NCBI GenBank assembly: GCA_964057225.1
Contig: OZ059895.1
Location: 8,432,001-8,496,000, forward strand
From: Auanema rhodensis
Lineage: Eukaryota > Animalia > Nematoda
DNA length: 64,000 nt
Reading direction: 5' to 3'
Within the stretch, counting starts at the first letter, position 1; every line of letters starts with the position of its first letter. Made by a program: the position numbers and the translations under genes. Under the pieces are notes generated by a model. That model saw only the letters and a list, made by a program, of their open reading frames with translations. It ran no database searches and was not told where the DNA came from. Of the stretch, positions 37,901 through 53,282 are shown in pieces.

Positions 37901-39907
37901 CATAATAAGAAAATTTTTAGTAAAAACTAGAATATATAGATAAGAAAGAGCAGAACTACTTCTCCTTTTTCTGATCTATTTCCCCTGATGTTTTTGAATT
38001 TCTTATATATTCCTTTTTCTACTTACGTGGGCAGCATAAGTCTCTCAACATAAGGTCTTCTGTATTCAGATTGCTTAATAGCCAGCATATGCTTACGTTA
38101 GTGAAATTATGAGAGAGAGAGTGAATGAGAGAGCAAGTGAGTTGAATGTGTATGCATGAGAGAGATGACGAAACAACAATGAATGAATATAAAGGGACGG
38201 GGGGGGGGAGAGAAATGAGCGTCATTCTCACATGACTTTCTACCTTGTTTACGTCTTTAGGAAGAGACCGTTTTCCGTCCTTTTCCTGGTTATTTCGTTC
38301 ACTAGAGCGTATCATGGTCATCTAATCTGCTAACATACTCGAGTGTTGTTATATGTCCGAAAGAAGAGGCGAGAAATCTATAGTGAGTACTAACGGTTGA
38401 TGGTTCTGCAGATCAAACAACATGTTCTGCATTTCCATCATGTCCTCCTATGCCTCTTTATAAACTTTCCAGGTTGTGATGTCATAAGTACAATCATTAA
38501 CTTAAGTACAATATCTGATCAAAATCGTTGATATAAGTGTTCGTAGTCAATAAAGTGGTGAGCAAAATAAAAGTTATCAGTGAAAGTGAATGATGAGCAA
38601 TGAAAACTAACTAATTAGATATCTTTGTTTTTTTCTTTTCACATTTATATTTATTATATTTTCATTATTTGAAAGTTTTTGTTAAAAATCAGTTCACAAG
38701 TAAAAAAAAGAAAAGAGTTTAAAAGAACTTTGAAATTCTTCATAATCGAAAATGTTTCCGTTGGACATCAATATGAAAGGATAAATGAGTTTTGAAGATA
38801 CACTCCTGAAAGTTTATTTTCCTTCTTCTCGTCTCTCATTTCAAAATGTCATAAAGTAAATCTGCTATTTATCCGACGAGTCATTGATGTGAAACTCGCG
38901 ACAATTTGAGCGAAAAGTAAAAAGCTAGGCATAATGCTCGAAAAAATTGTCTCGTTTCATGATATTTCCTGTGTATGATAGCTCAAAAATGAAAAGTATA
39001 GAGAGAAAGTTAAGCGCAATAGGCGAATGAAACGAGAGAGGTTAACAGGTAAAAGCGATTTTTGGAGTTTTATACGGCAACTATCTCCATAAGGTCAATG
39101 CCGCCTTTGCTTAATAGTGATGATCTAGGAAATATTTTAGTTTTACGCTTGATGTTTGAATATATCGTGGCTTCTGGTGTATGAGCTTATCCATATTACA
39201 TGTATATATGTATAAGAATGATATTATTTCCTATAAAATGTATAATGTAGACTGAGCAATGAGTTGAATATGTAATTAGACAGCTCAACGTTTTTGAGAT
39301 TTTTCACTTTTTCGAAAACATAGCTAGATGTACCAGTACTTCTCTTCAGGGTACATTGAAAATATCATTTTTGTTTGTCAAACATAAAGTGATTCAGACT
39401 GCTATGAAACGCAAAAAGATTTTGATATGCTTTGTACCCATAGTGACGCACATCATAGATGAATAATATTGTAAATATATATGAATTAAGAGATAATGAC
39501 GAAAGTTAAACCGTTTTCAACCGCACCATAACGTTAAAATGAAATTGAATTTAGTGCATGAAGAAATGAGGTCACGTGAGCTTTACGTGATCTCACGTGG
39601 TAGTCTAATAAAGCAAAAGAAATACTGATTTTGCAATATTATAAAGAGAAGAGGAGGAGGGTTGATGTAGAAAAAAAGCGGAAGAAGAATGGGGGTGGTG
39701 GTTTGGAGAAAGGAGACATAAAAAGATGGAAAGGATCAGAAGACCACACATTTGTGCGATAATTTCTCATCCATCATCCATCATCGTCAACATTTCACAA
39801 GGGGTCAGCAGTTTCATACGAAACGTGTATGAACTAGAAATTGTGGTTAACGTGAAGTAAGAACAAAAATAAAGAAAGTATTATATATTTGACTATCTAA
39901 GAATAGG

Positions 39908-39922
<15 letters not shown>

Positions 39923-39989
<67 letters not shown>
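39923..39989. repeat. (TA)n microsatellite
   Basis: Perfect TA run. Confidence 0.95.
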
Positions 39990-39997
<8 letters not shown>

Positions 39998-41244
39998 TTG
40001 AGTTAGATGAAATTAGGTTTTAAAAATTGTGTCCAAAATGCATATGTATTTAACATTCGGGATTCAGCAAAAAAATGTAATTTAATATAGATTGAGAAAA
40101 TGAAATATTAAAAAAAATTGAATATAATAATAAATTATTAAATAAATAATAATATTTTAACTATTCATCTTGTTTATAATCAATTTTCTTTTTTTTTTCT
40201 CGATAGTTATCATTATATTTTGAATACCTAGTTTGTGATAAAATTATATAAAATGTGCTGGTCTGCATGATTATTCTGCCTCGACAGCTCTGTACAGTTC
40301 ATATTGAACTTCATGTTGAACATGAAACTGCTGCTACTCTATGTGCCAGAGGGGCGTCGGCTACCTGAAATATCAAATTGTTGAGCTATAATAATAGTTT
40401 TACGATTGATAAGATGTGAAGAATAGCGAAATGAAAGAGTAACTGCGACAAGACCAAAAGCAGAGAGAATATTGGAAAATGAGAGTTATTAGATCAATAA
40501 GCTTATACATAATATAGAGAAAGAAAAAAGAAAGAGAGTTTGAGATAGAAAGGAAGAATGGGACATATGAACTCAAGAAAAATAGAGAAACAATTCATGT
40601 TTTGCTTTATGAACGCATATCCGCAAAAAATGTTGGAGAAGGAGCAGATAGAACGAAGATTTAAAGGAAAATTAATGATATAGAAGATGTTATCGAATAT
40701 TAGAGCTTAAAGATAGAAAAGAAAGACTATCTGGAACAAATTTAAAAAACAAATAAAATGAAAGAAAAGCTGTTTTCTTCATGTTGAACTCGAATCTATT
40801 TTCTTTTTCGATTTAATTTTTTTGCATGCAATTGAATAGCTACATATTGAATTTATTTCCAAAGTATCAGTTTGAAAAAAATGAGATCTAACACAGCAGA
40901 AGAGAGAGAAGCTTTCACAGTGATTACAAAGAAATTGTAAATGACTAAACACGTGGACCATGGGCACATGAATAACCCGGAACCAGGTACCCCATTTTCT
41001 GTTCTCCTCTTTTTTTACCTCGAAAGAAACTTTGGAAACAAAGAAGTCTTTATGAATAACTGAATAATTTTCTTAATGTTCACTACTTGTATTTGCAACA
41101 CGAAGTAAAATGAGGGAAAGAGCGAAAAACGATTGTGGCTTGAATAGGAATAGATGTATCAAACGATGAAGCATCGCGACTGCTCTTACGAACCAGGTAG
41201 AGTAACATGCATACCATTGAAAGAAAGCTGAAGCAAATACTTAC

Positions 41245-41305
41245 CGGAGATCGAACGCTTTCTTTACGCTTTAGGCTATTCTGTTTCTTTTGATGATCAA
41301 ATGAA
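41245..41305 (-). other. Candidate distal non-coding 5' exon of ncs-2
   Basis: 61 nt with no ATG, bounded by a TTTTCCTGTCACAG acceptor and a CCG|GTAAGT donor on the ncs-2 strand. Confidence 0.35.
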
Positions 41306-44300
41306 CTGTGACAGGAAAATATATACGAATTACGAGATAGAATTAAAGGTTGAGAGAGTGAAATAAGAGGAGAGAGTGAGAGCAGAGGAAAGAGAATGAA
41401 AGAAAATACTCGTGAAAAAAAGTTTTAATTTCTCTTCTGCTCATTTCTGATTGAGGCAATACAATTATTTCTTGGTATAGCAATTGTCAAAGGGGAATTC
41501 TTCTTCTGTCTCTCCTTCTCTTCCCTCATTCAACATTCTTAACCCTTCTTGCCTACTTAGAAAAATGTACGATTTGAAGCAAAAATTGCTGGAAGAATAG
41601 TTAAATTTTGCTGAAGACAAGATAATTAGTGATAGAATATTTTTGTACTTGGAGTGAAGTAGTACAATGAATCAGATTAGAAAAAGAAAGGATAAGATGA
41701 ATAAAGAATGAAGGGACTTCAACCGAAAACTAAAAAAAAGAATGAAGAAGTATCAACTATTGACTGATTCATTTGTATTTTAATTTTTGACGATTTTTGT
41801 TCTTCAACTGAATTTGCTTCTTTATTTTGCAAAAAAAAATAGCTGAACTCTAGTAAATATTAAAATAAAGTTTCAATATTTAAATCTAAAAACGTTATGA
41901 ATTTTTGATTAAATTGTATTGTCCCTTATATGTAGTTGAGAAACAAATTTAAATGAAAAAGAGGGAAAATTAAACGGAGAACAAAATGAGAACAGTGATT
42001 CTGACTTGTGAACATAAAACTGAATTTGTATGAAATTCTTATTCTATTTGTTTCCTCCAAGTTGCTTCAACCAATAATTCACTTTAAAGTTTTTTTCTGG
42101 TTTTTGATATTTTCTATTCAAGAAAAAGGGAAAAAGATTAAATTAAGACTACATTAATTTGTTGTTTTGCATGTTTCATATTAGAAGTATTGTACAAGAT
42201 CTTGTTTATGTTTCTAATTAGGGTGGGTGAGTTCAATTATGCCAACAACTTTTGATTTTTGGTTTCAATTTAAACAGTAAAATGGAATATCATTTGTTTA
42301 TCAGTCGAAAAGAAAATATTTTCATATACTTTAAAAGAAAACAAATTAGTTCATCTTCTCCAATATTCATTCAATAATGTTATGCTCGACGTGTACGTGA
42401 TTCGAAATAGGTGTTGAAGGCACATCTACCAACCTACTTGCTATTCAGTGATTGTTTACTTCTGCAGATGCTTTCTCGACGGCTAATAACTAGTTTTTTC
42501 AACTATTTTGCTATGCTGATCATGACTTTTGACATGTCTATTGCTGTTTGTACTATGACTATCACACGGCATTCATTATGATTTGTAATCGTGTGAGGAA
42601 CGTCAGCAGAGTCACTTATCTTATGCCATTACTAGGACATTCAGCCATGAAATCATGCTATTAAAACATGGAATGTGTATAGTAGAAATTAATAGCCATC
42701 TTTATCACATTTATGAAAATGAAAAGATTTCATATATTATAAGATTGCTATATATATATTTATTTATATATTACTTTAAGCAAGTGTTTTGAATTTTTTT
42801 CAAACAAAATATAAATGCGTCTATTTAGCATAATCAAATTTCACGTATTATACGTGACTAACAAAGCGTATTTACTTTGTTCAATTGGAATAGAACGGTT
42901 CAACATTTGATGTTTTTGCAAATTAAGAATAGGAAATAAGGTTAGTTCATTGTATATATATATATTACTATGAAATAAGTGTTTGGAACATTATTATATT
43001 TTTCAAGAGTAGAGTAGAGAAGAGTGTAGTAGTAGTTGTGAGGATTTGTAAGAGAAGTCAATCGAATTAACGCATTCATAAATAGGATTCGATTACAAAT
43101 TAATTAGATAAAAAAGAAGTATATTTTTGCATTGTCAAGCATTTTATATACGAATGATGTTGAATAACGAATAGGTAGTTCGTTATTTAGTCATCATACT
43201 AATGCAAGTAATAAAACCGGTGTGGTTGTTTTGATAAAGAATAGGTTGAATTTAGTTTTATAATAATTTTTTGCCTTTTTCAATAATCATGATGATATAA
43301 TATGATTATGTATAATAACATAAATCTGTTTTGATACATCAGAATGAACTGTGAATAGCTCAGCCAAATCGAACTAACGTAAGCGAACTTGGAACTCGTA
43401 CAATTGAATTTAATTCTCTCTCAATTCTCTATTTTCTTGTTTCTTGATGTATACATATATACATATATGTATACATATCTGAGTGACGTGATTTTCTCTT
43501 CAGATTTCTTACTTTACTGCCTACGCTCACATATTAAATTATACGGCATATGTCGTAGTGGAACAGTATAACGAGTAGAACAACATAGAATCTATACAAT
43601 AAAGACGGCGAAAAAAAAGAATTTGAATTTGAGAAATAAAAGAAAATTTAAAGAGGATATAATCAGATGAAGAAGAGATGTTGTGGCGCGATAAATTTGA
43701 CCAGTTCTGTTTTTTTCTAGGAACACTTCAGTACATATAACGCATAATATATGATACGTAATGCTTTAAAGCTTGATTGAAAGTTATAAAAATGTTATGA
43801 AGCGAAAGGAAGACGATTATTATGCTGGCTATAATTCTTGTTGATCTGTATAGTATAGACTAAACAACTATGACGACATGTGTATATTAGAAAATACATA
43901 CAACTATAGTTTTTCATATCCGATTTTTTTTGTTCGTCGAACAGCGTTGTGAACAGGCTATATCTAAGAGGTGTTATAGGATTTTAAGTTATATATGCAG
44001 TGCGTATTAAGAGACATAAATAAATGGTAAATGAAAAATCAGTAAAAGAAAAGAATTATGCAAATATAACACGTTAGTATTCTAGCTTCTTCACCTCGAT
44101 TATTAATGTGACGTAGGCAAGTATATACCACATAGATATGAAGAAATAAAGGGAGCCAAAGGGAAACAAGCTTCGTGTATGCTAGTTGGGTGGGTGATGA
44201 TGGTGTGGCGGTGGACGGCGAGTAAGAATCACATGCATACATGGAGGAAGAAGGGAGCATGGACCCCAAAAGCGGACGGCAGTGATGGCGGGGCCAACGA

Positions 44301-45894
44301 AGCGAGAAACGTAAAGTAGTTTCCATTTTTGGGACTCGACTTCGCGTTGGAGTGCCTGATGAGATCTGAGGACACGAGAGTTGAGTTGCTCCTGCTTTCC
44401 ACTTTTCTTCTTTCCCCCCCCCCCTCCTTTCATTCTCGCTCATCTGTCGTTAACTATCGTTTTTACAAAGCATTGTACACACCCTCCTTAGGTCATTTAA
44501 ATATTTTTTCATTTAGAAGAATAATCGGAACCAATGGTACACTAAAGTCAAATGGTTTTCAAAGCTAACGATAGTATGATTGACTTGTCCGGTTAAAGTA
44601 AAGACGTAATTGAGTGAGTAAGTAAGCAAACGTCAAGAATAGTAATGACTTACTTACTAGGGTGGTTCTTATTGCGAAACATTTCATTTTTGATTCTATC
44701 GATGTTATTACAAGTATTTCGAACGTTCTTGATACATCATAGAAAAACGGGTTGTTTAACTTAAAACATACTTAGTATTATGGTAGGAGGTTGTTCTATT
44801 GTGTCTGAATGAACATTAAGTTCAATACTCAGCCATTAGCTATTTCTTCTCTTTTTTTCTGAATGAATCACGAGTCAATCGTTCAAGAATTGGTTGAGAA
44901 CAGATGACAATTATTTTATTTTTTTGTATTCTAATAGCATGAATTTGAGAAGCATTCGAATTTATGGATTCTTCTCATATTCTTACTTTTGCGTGGTCAG
45001 ACTTGTTTAAGCTGCTGATATCATACGGAGGGAGGAGGAGGTACACTACGCAATTTGATAAATTGTCTTCAAAAAAAAGTTTTCTTTTTCTCTTCGTTTT
45101 GCTTATTTTCGGGACGTACATTCCTTATATGAAAATGGATGGGATGAATATTGTTTTTTTAGCTTGACTACTAGAAAATATAAGTCAAGACGATGATAAA
45201 AAAAGGGAAGAGGGAAAATAAAGTGAGAGAGTTCTTTCTATAGAACATCGTAAGTTAATTGTATACTCGGGGTTTTTGCTGAGTTTTTTCTATCGAACGT
45301 TGCCTGGAGGCAGCTTATATATTTGATATCTGAATATCTATTTTTTGGCCAATTAAATTTATATGGAAAAAAGAGCAATAGGAGATAGAAAGAAAAGAAA
45401 AGAAAAGAAAAGAAAGAGGAAGAGATAGATGCAAAGAGATGAATATACGAATATATTTTCAAAGAGATAGCGAGAGATGAGAGGGAGAGAGGAAGAGAAC
45501 AAAAATTTACAAATTTAAATAAAAGAAGATGATCAGACTATAAAGTAAATTTTGTGATATTTTATTACTTCATCTTCATACATGATGTGCTTGAAAAGAG
45601 AGAAATGCGGTAAATGCCTTTTCAACTATTCAGAAATTGAATAAAGAAAAAAAGTTGAATTGAGAAAGAGGAAGATAAAGCTAGAGAAAGAAAGAGAGAT
45701 AGAAATAGAAAAGAGCATATATAGTTGAGCAATCCAACTAAGAAGAAGGCAGACCTAAAGAAGAATAGATAGAAGAGCCAGATAGACATGTGTGTTACAT
45801 GATGCATGGCAGAGAGAAGTTGATTTAGAAAGGGAGAAAAGCTGTCCGTTTTACGAGAAAGCCATATGAGGCTTCGGCTTTTAAGTAATAACCT

Positions 45895-45935
45895 CTTTTT
45901 CTTTCTTTCTTCCTTCCTTTCTCTCTCTATCTCTC

Positions 45936-45967
<32 letters not shown>

Positions 45968-46030
45968 CTTTTCTCTTTTTTCTTTATCTTATACTCTTTC
46001 TCTAAAGCTTTGCCTTTCTCGCTCTTTTTT
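45895..46030. repeat. TC-rich low-complexity tract
   Basis: Degenerate (TC)n/(TTTC)n sequence. Confidence 0.8.
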
Positions 46031-49000
46031 CTCGTTTTTCATCATTTTTCGAAAGCAGTTGTGTTCGTGATGCAGGGTGGTTTGGAAACGGAAAGGCAGA
46101 AAGGCATGATTCGATTTTCAATGTTGGCATGTCGAAAAGACAGCGGTGCTCTTCAGCATATTCCTCTTTTTCTTCATTCTCTCTTTCGCTTCTACTTGTT
46201 TTCTTTGTATTGTTATATTTTTGAAAACCTGGAATCCAAATCGAGTGGAGAGTTGGAAGAAAAAAGCAAAAACGAGAAGAAAACGCCTCGAAATAGAAAG
46301 TAATGTAAAATACTAAACGTAAGGAAAACGAAGGAAGGGAAAAGTAAATGGAGACTTTGGTCCCAACCCCTCTTCTGATCATCTGATGTCTGGGTGGTTC
46401 TGGGTTTCTTCGTATCTTGCTTTCCGTATGGCTTCACTTTTCTCGTTGTCTTCGTCGTCGCCTTCAGCCTCCCACTCGTTTGCTCCTCATGTCTTTTTTG
46501 GAAAAGAATGGTCGATAATTTAAGGAAAAGCGAATAATCATGATGACAAAGAAAATGAAAATCTCTGTTATAAAGCTTGAAAGTGCCGAGAAAATTGTGA
46601 GCAAATTTTTTTTGGACAACAATCAATTTTGGAGTTTGACTACCTTCTACTCACTTCGGTGACAACAATCACAATAATAAATTCAATGTTTGCATTTTCT
46701 CAACTATTCTATCAACTCTCTTATTATCTTTTGGATGTGTGGATGCGTGTTGCTGCCGCGATTGTTCAGCACATCTACTACATAAAGGTGAAATCTTTAG
46801 TTTCTATGATTGGAAAACTTTGGTAAGTTGAAAGTTTTAGAATGCAATAAGTTTTACAGAGGTGCCGCAACTGCCTCTTCAAAATTGGTTTAAAATGAAG
46901 TAAGGTCAGAATGAGTCCAATTGGTTGCTTTGGAACCCCCTGGGGTTCTAGTATGTCTTCTGTAAAAAGCTCATTATACCTTGTAGTATTAGAAAAAGTG
47001 AATAAGAGCAAAGAAAAAGAGAAGCCCATATCTACCCGGCAGGGGGTAGGGGCGAAGAGCAAGTGAAAATGAATAGGATGTAGCTATAACGACGATTCAA
47101 ATAGTTCCTTCCGTCCTTTGCTTTTGTGCTCATGTGGCAGAAATATAAAGAACGAGAATGGACTGAAAAACTGATAATGGGAGAAGAGACATGAAGTCGA
47201 AATCTAAATTGAGGATTGAAGAAACAAGCGAAGAAGAGTGATGGAAATAAGCTTGATGATGCAGAATCAAACATCAACTCAGCAAAAAATTGAAGAAAGA
47301 TAAAGATGATGATGATTGAGATGAAAGTATACTAGAGATGACGTGGCTAGTAGGATCATAATTCAGATTTGTAAAAGCGATTTGCTAAGTTTTGACGTTT
47401 TTTTGACACAAAAAGGGAATATTGATGATGTTGTTAAAATGAGTGAAGGGGGATGGGGTGCGGATGGAGGCGGCTATTGGCAAACGATACAAAGGGGCTA
47501 AAAATGGAATAGTTATCATATAAAATTATAATTTTTAGCGGCCCTTGATGACTAAAACCATAAAGTGTGTTAGAGAACAGTAAAACGTTTCGTATAAGCT
47601 CTCCATTTTTCGAATTCTCTTTAGATAGACCTATGAATTACTTGCAAATTCTCTATCTCTCTTTCTCTCTTATTATCTTTTATCTTTCTATTACTTTCTC
47701 TCTCTCTCTCTCTCTCTCACCCTCTCTCTATATATATTTCATGTTATTATGCCTTCATGATATGATTTGTTTATGATCTGAATATGGCCTCATGCAAACA
47801 GAGTAAGAACAAAAAGAATAAAAAGATATATCGAAATAGTAAGAGAATATGAGAGAAAGAGAAACAGAAATAGAAGAATGCTTGAAATGCATTGGGCTAT
47901 CATGAAATTAAAAGCAGACGAATGAATGTTTTTATTAAAATTTTTAAATTTTCTGTTAAATATAATGTTTTACAAGGAAAATATCCGATTGAATGAAAGA
48001 AATTTGTGAATTTTCAACCACATGACAAAGAGATGTCATTTCTAACGAGAAGAGTGAGAAATAAGTTTCTTTTCCCAATACTAGCTCTAATTTTTAAAAT
48101 TTTCTCGTCATTCTTATGTTTTCCACTTAACAAAAAGTTTTTTTTTAATCATTTGATAAACATGAAAATATAAAATTGACTATGTTAACGTAAACGATAA
48201 AACGTAAGCTTTCTTATAAATCAAAGTTCATTACTTTGGTTTATTGAGAAAGTTTCTTTGAAATATACGATAGGATATGAATGGCAAATGCTTGTGATAT
48301 GCTGGTGAATGACGATTAAGATGATGAAGTTTATGATTAGAAGTGCTACCTATTGACTAACCAAACTGAAGACGAAAAAGCATAATAAGACGAAAGCAGA
48401 AGTGTGTGGAAAAATGTTGACGGGAGCTTTTCGAGATCCAAAATTCCATTAGCCATTTTGTACAACATACTCCGTTTTGTTCTTCTTCAACTGCTGCTGC
48501 TGCTGCTTCATTCCGTTCATCATAGCTTGAACATTGTCTATTTTTTGGCTGTGCTGCTTGAAATAAAAGCTGTCTTGATATATACAGAATAATCTGAAGA
48601 TTGAAGAAGATCGTTAGATGACACCACCTTAGCTTGAAAAATAAGTCGTTAATGAATTTGTAGGAAGAAATTAGAATTTTTCCTTGTTTTTGGTTGGCTG
48701 GCTAAGCCGAATTCTGATTGACGGCTATTTCTTCGACATCTGACGAAGAAAAGACAGTGAAAAGGCTATATAGACGGGGCGAGAGAATCAGGTTCAATGT
48801 ATGTACGAACGACGAGGATGTGGGATTCGTCTGTGCAAGATTATGAAACGTCTACTGTGTATTTATGACATTGCTCATATGAAATCGACAATTGTCGGTT
48901 TTTATGCATGGGCTCTTCCTCTTCTCTTTCAACTCTTTCTAGTACAGATGACATACATCTGTCTTTTGTTCTATGTTGTTCTTCTAAATCGTCTTCACTT

Positions 49001-51559
49001 TTTTCTCCGTTGCCTACGTAGTTAATGGTCTTTTGGAACTTCCAAAGAATTTTTGAGAAAGCTAATAAGCTCAAGTCCAATAATCTTTGAGAACTAAACG
49101 AAATTAGTTGTAAGAACAAGAAGAAAATCATTTAACATGATCAAGTCCATCGTAAACGTCATGTATGTCTTCTTTGTTCTTTTCCTTCTCATTCGATTGA
49201 CTTCTGCTCCTCTCGGTTCATCATCAGCTTGTGATGATCATACTGATGTTTTACAAACGTCGTTTTCTTTTTTTCATCAAACTCTTTGGCAACATGCTGC
49301 TGTTACCCGTTATCGCTCTATTCATCTCTCATTCTCTCTGTTGTCACTTACTATTTCATCTTTGTCTCTCTTTCTTTCTCAGTATGTACCCTTAAAGGAG
49401 AAAATGGAGGGAGAGGCTCAAAGAAGGAAAAGCAGCTCATTTGTTTTCGGAGGCTCGAGAGCAGATTGTATTCCGATGGGCAATCATCGAGCGTGGATAG
49501 ACAACTGAACATGATGAAGAGAGTACCGGAAATTATGTTATCGTTTGTCTGCTACTGCTGACTATTGACGCTACTTTCATAGTTATGTTGCTTTTCAATT
49601 TATCTGTCTCGCCCCTCTCTAAAATTTGTAAAAGCAAAGTTAAAAAAAGAAGCAAAAAGTGCAATTGAAGAGAAATGAAATGATGATTTTAAAGTAAAAT
49701 TGAGGAAAAGCAGGACTACCATTGTGAAACATTTTATGCTTTGAAAAGCTTTCTTTTTGCCTAGCTTGGTTTTTGCTCATTCTTCTGTACATTTCTTTCC
49801 CAAAAAATGCTTAGACTTAAGCGTTTGATCCGGCATCTTGTCAACAAATGGTAGGTCTCGATTCTTGAACTAATAATAATAAAAGAAAATATAAGCTGAA
49901 AAGAAATGGCAAAGAGTGTTAAATGCGGAAAGAATAAAATGCAGAAAAGGGAATGATGAGCTCAATGTCATAAAATTCTTAACAATTCGAAACGTTTATA
50001 GTTCTTATGCATGTGTGAAAGTATATTTAATGAGTTGATAAGTCAGCCAAATAGTTTGATTTCAAATTCCCAACACTAAGACATTAAGGTCATGATAATT
50101 TTGAATTTAACCATCAAAATGTCATTTAGAATACAAATTAAAGCTTATCAGATGATAAAACTTCACAGCATAAATGCTAATTGCCTAAACAATGATGAAA
50201 GAACATTTCTTTTCTGGAAATAGTTAAAATGATTGATTTGAATTTGAAAATAACTTGAAACAGAGTTATTGACTTTTTCTAAAAATAAAAAAAAAGAAGA
50301 ACCGATATGAAAGTATAAAATAAAATTTTTTTTTTAAAATGGCTATGAACTTTATGATACGTTTCTATATGAAACACCATTGTTTGAAACAAAAAGAAAA
50401 TGTTTATAGGAAATATAGAGTGAAACTACAATATTTATATGGATTAAAAAAACTTTATGTTGAAATGAATATTGCTATAAGTTTGTTACTCATACATATA
50501 TCATTCAATTTATAAAATTCTATAATACTTTTTCATGGCCTATATCATCTGAAAAGTAAAATGATGAACTTTGAAGTAGTGTAATATGTCATATAGAAAT
50601 AGGGAGCTTCAGCATTTCAATAGACAAAACGAACAAATTGTTGACGTCAAATATAAATGTATCAACGACACTTTATATCAAATAAGGGGACTCGCTCTGT
50701 TGAGTTCGACGACAAGGAAAGAATACACATTTAGGTTATTAAAGACATGGGAAAAGATAAAAAGCTAGAGTCGGGAACTTTCGAAAATATGATGGAACTA
50801 TCTGTTCTGGAAATTTGCCAATATTTTTTTAACGAAAAATGACAACACCAAAAGGTTAGATTGATCAGTGCGTGCCAGCAAATGATTATGATGGTTCATC
50901 TTATTCACAATGCGTCACCTATCTCTTAAGCACAATTAGCAACGAGAATAATGCTGTTTATGATCTAATATTAGACGTTGTCATATGTTATTGTACTAAT
51001 CAAAACAACTGATGACGTTATAATATATTTTCAAATTTTGGGCGGTATAATGACTTGAATATGTTGGCGCGAGCTCTAAAATGGTATTATGTGGAGTAGA
51101 GAGTTGATTGGGATGAACGAAGTTTGAATGAAAAATTTTGTGAGGTGGAAGCCTAGCGGCTAATTGAGCTTCACATAACAAGCTGATCGTTTTGGTGTTT
51201 CAACATTCACATATATATATGTATATTTCTATCAGCTGTGGACAAATGAAGTAAATCTCATTGTTGAATAGAGATGTTGCAATATTGGAGAGTGAACTAG
51301 AGAAAGAGAATTTGAAAAAAAAGAGAGCAGAGTACAAATTTTTGGTCAGTTAGTTGTCTTCAGAAATAGATAGTCAAACCTAATTTGAAATAAATAAAAA
51401 AACTTTTGTTAGTTTGCCAACTGTTCATCTGTTACATTAGCGGGACCAAGTTAATCTTTTGCTAAACAGTATCCAACATTACATTATTTTAAATAAAGTT
51501 TTATTTCAGGCGATTTTCAACAACGCTGCTAGTTCAGTTTAAGTGCTTCGGATAGAGCA

Positions 51560-52690
51560 ATGGCCAACGATTCCGAACCCAGCGGAACTCAACAGCAAAC
51601 AGATGGAAGTTCAGGGCTTGGCAGCAAATTGATTATTAATCGTCGCAGACAAGAAGGTAACCCCGTTCTTAAATACGTTAGGAACGTACGTTACGAATGG
51701 GGAGATCCACCATCTGATTTTGAATGCGGACCTACATGTGGTGTGGTTTACTTAGCAATGAAGGTAAACTGTTTCTTTAAAATGTTCAAAATGAAGAAAT
51801 TGTATGGAACACCAAAGAAGGTTATAAGCCAACTAAATCTTTGTTTTCTCTTCATGCTTCATGTAAACAAAAAAAATTATGTATATAACATAATACGAAA
51901 TTCTGCAGTTTCTATAAACTTCTTTTTTCAAATTTCAGTATCATCGGCTTCACCCTAATTACATACATTCTAGAATAACTGGGAAAGGGGAAAATAAATA
52001 TCAATGTCGAGTTAGTTGAGATTCTTCCTCTAATCAAAAAAGTTGCGAAAACTTGAGAACGAAATTTGCTCGTTTTCAGATTTTACTCTGTCTGTGTAAT
52101 GTCGAAGAAGCTAGGCATCATTTGCGTGAGTTGAATCTGCTTTGTCACCGGATGGATTGGTCTCTCATTCTCTGCTATTCGGTTCGTGCTCAAAGAAAAA
52201 TTTTCGCCTTCTTTATTCGAATAATGCCTTTCAGCTTGAAGAAGCAGCAGAATACATAGAAAATCTGAAGCTAGTTGAGAATAAAGACCCAAAATTCAAG
52301 TAAAATGCATTGTCGGAAAAGAAAATATAACGAAAGTCCGTTGTCGTTTCAGAGATAGACAAGGAACGACAACAGCCTCCGTAGATTATCGTACGTCACT
52401 TCTAAATTCTGCAATTGGTATTCTGACAGGAGCACGAAGTGTTACGAAAACAGATGCTCAACGGTAAGCTCTGTCAGAACTCCGAGCTTCTGGCTTTCGC
52501 TAGTCGTTTGCTTCGAATTTTATTTCACTGAGAAGATTATACAATAAGAGTTTACAGATTACTTTTTAATTTTGGAACACTTCATAACATATGCGAAGCA
52601 ACGGAAGAGCAGTTGGCATTATGTCCTGGACTAGGACCAATTCGTGCTAAAAACTTATATAACTATTTAAGAACAAATTTAGCGACTTAG
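51560..52690 (+). CDS. ercc-1: DNA excision repair protein ERCC1
   Basis: Six exons: RQEGNPVLKYVRNVRYEW, KYHRLHPNYI, LEEAAEYIENLK, RSVTKTDAQRLL, HhH motif LCPGLGPIRA; TAG 52688-52690. Confidence 0.96.
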
Positions 52691-53282
52691 TTAATAAAGA
52701 GAGAACTTATAGCTTGTAAAAATGAATCTATATAAAGTTTGTGGCAACCAACATTTATATGGTTTGGCTTCCGTTTAATCTCGGTTTATTTGACCACGTG
52801 TCCTGCTTCATTTCTTAATCTCTCAGTTTCTTCCTTATTGTTGCGTATATAGTTCTTCTCTTACTCGCGATTTCTTCATAAAACGGAAATTTGAGCTGTT
52901 TCACGCTCTGATTTGCAATAAACAGAATCATAAGTTGCAGTTATGGGGAGTAAAAGATGATTTATAACAAGAAGCTACGGCATTAATAATAAAGAAAATT
53001 CAATTTTGTACGTAATGTTGGAGTAACATTTCAGTGATTCTTGGGTCACGCTTATCACATCATGTTAGATATTGCTTGATATCATGCCATGTTCATCAAT
53101 TGCCCATTGTACTGATTCTGAATCGTTTAAATTGCTTTCACATGAAATATTATTTATTTTAAGAAATAAAGTTTGAAAATTTATCTAAAATTGGTTTTTT
53201 TCTTTTTGTAACATCGTTTGGTCCAATTGTACCTCTGCTCTATACAAAAAATATATATTAAATGTATTGATGTTTTTAGAAA

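Noticed and set aside
31340-49561. Numerous 60-145 aa ORFs in the ncs-2/ercc-1 interval
   Set aside because: They derive from GA/TC/TG low-complexity tracts, overlap on both strands and show no motifs or consistent splice chain.
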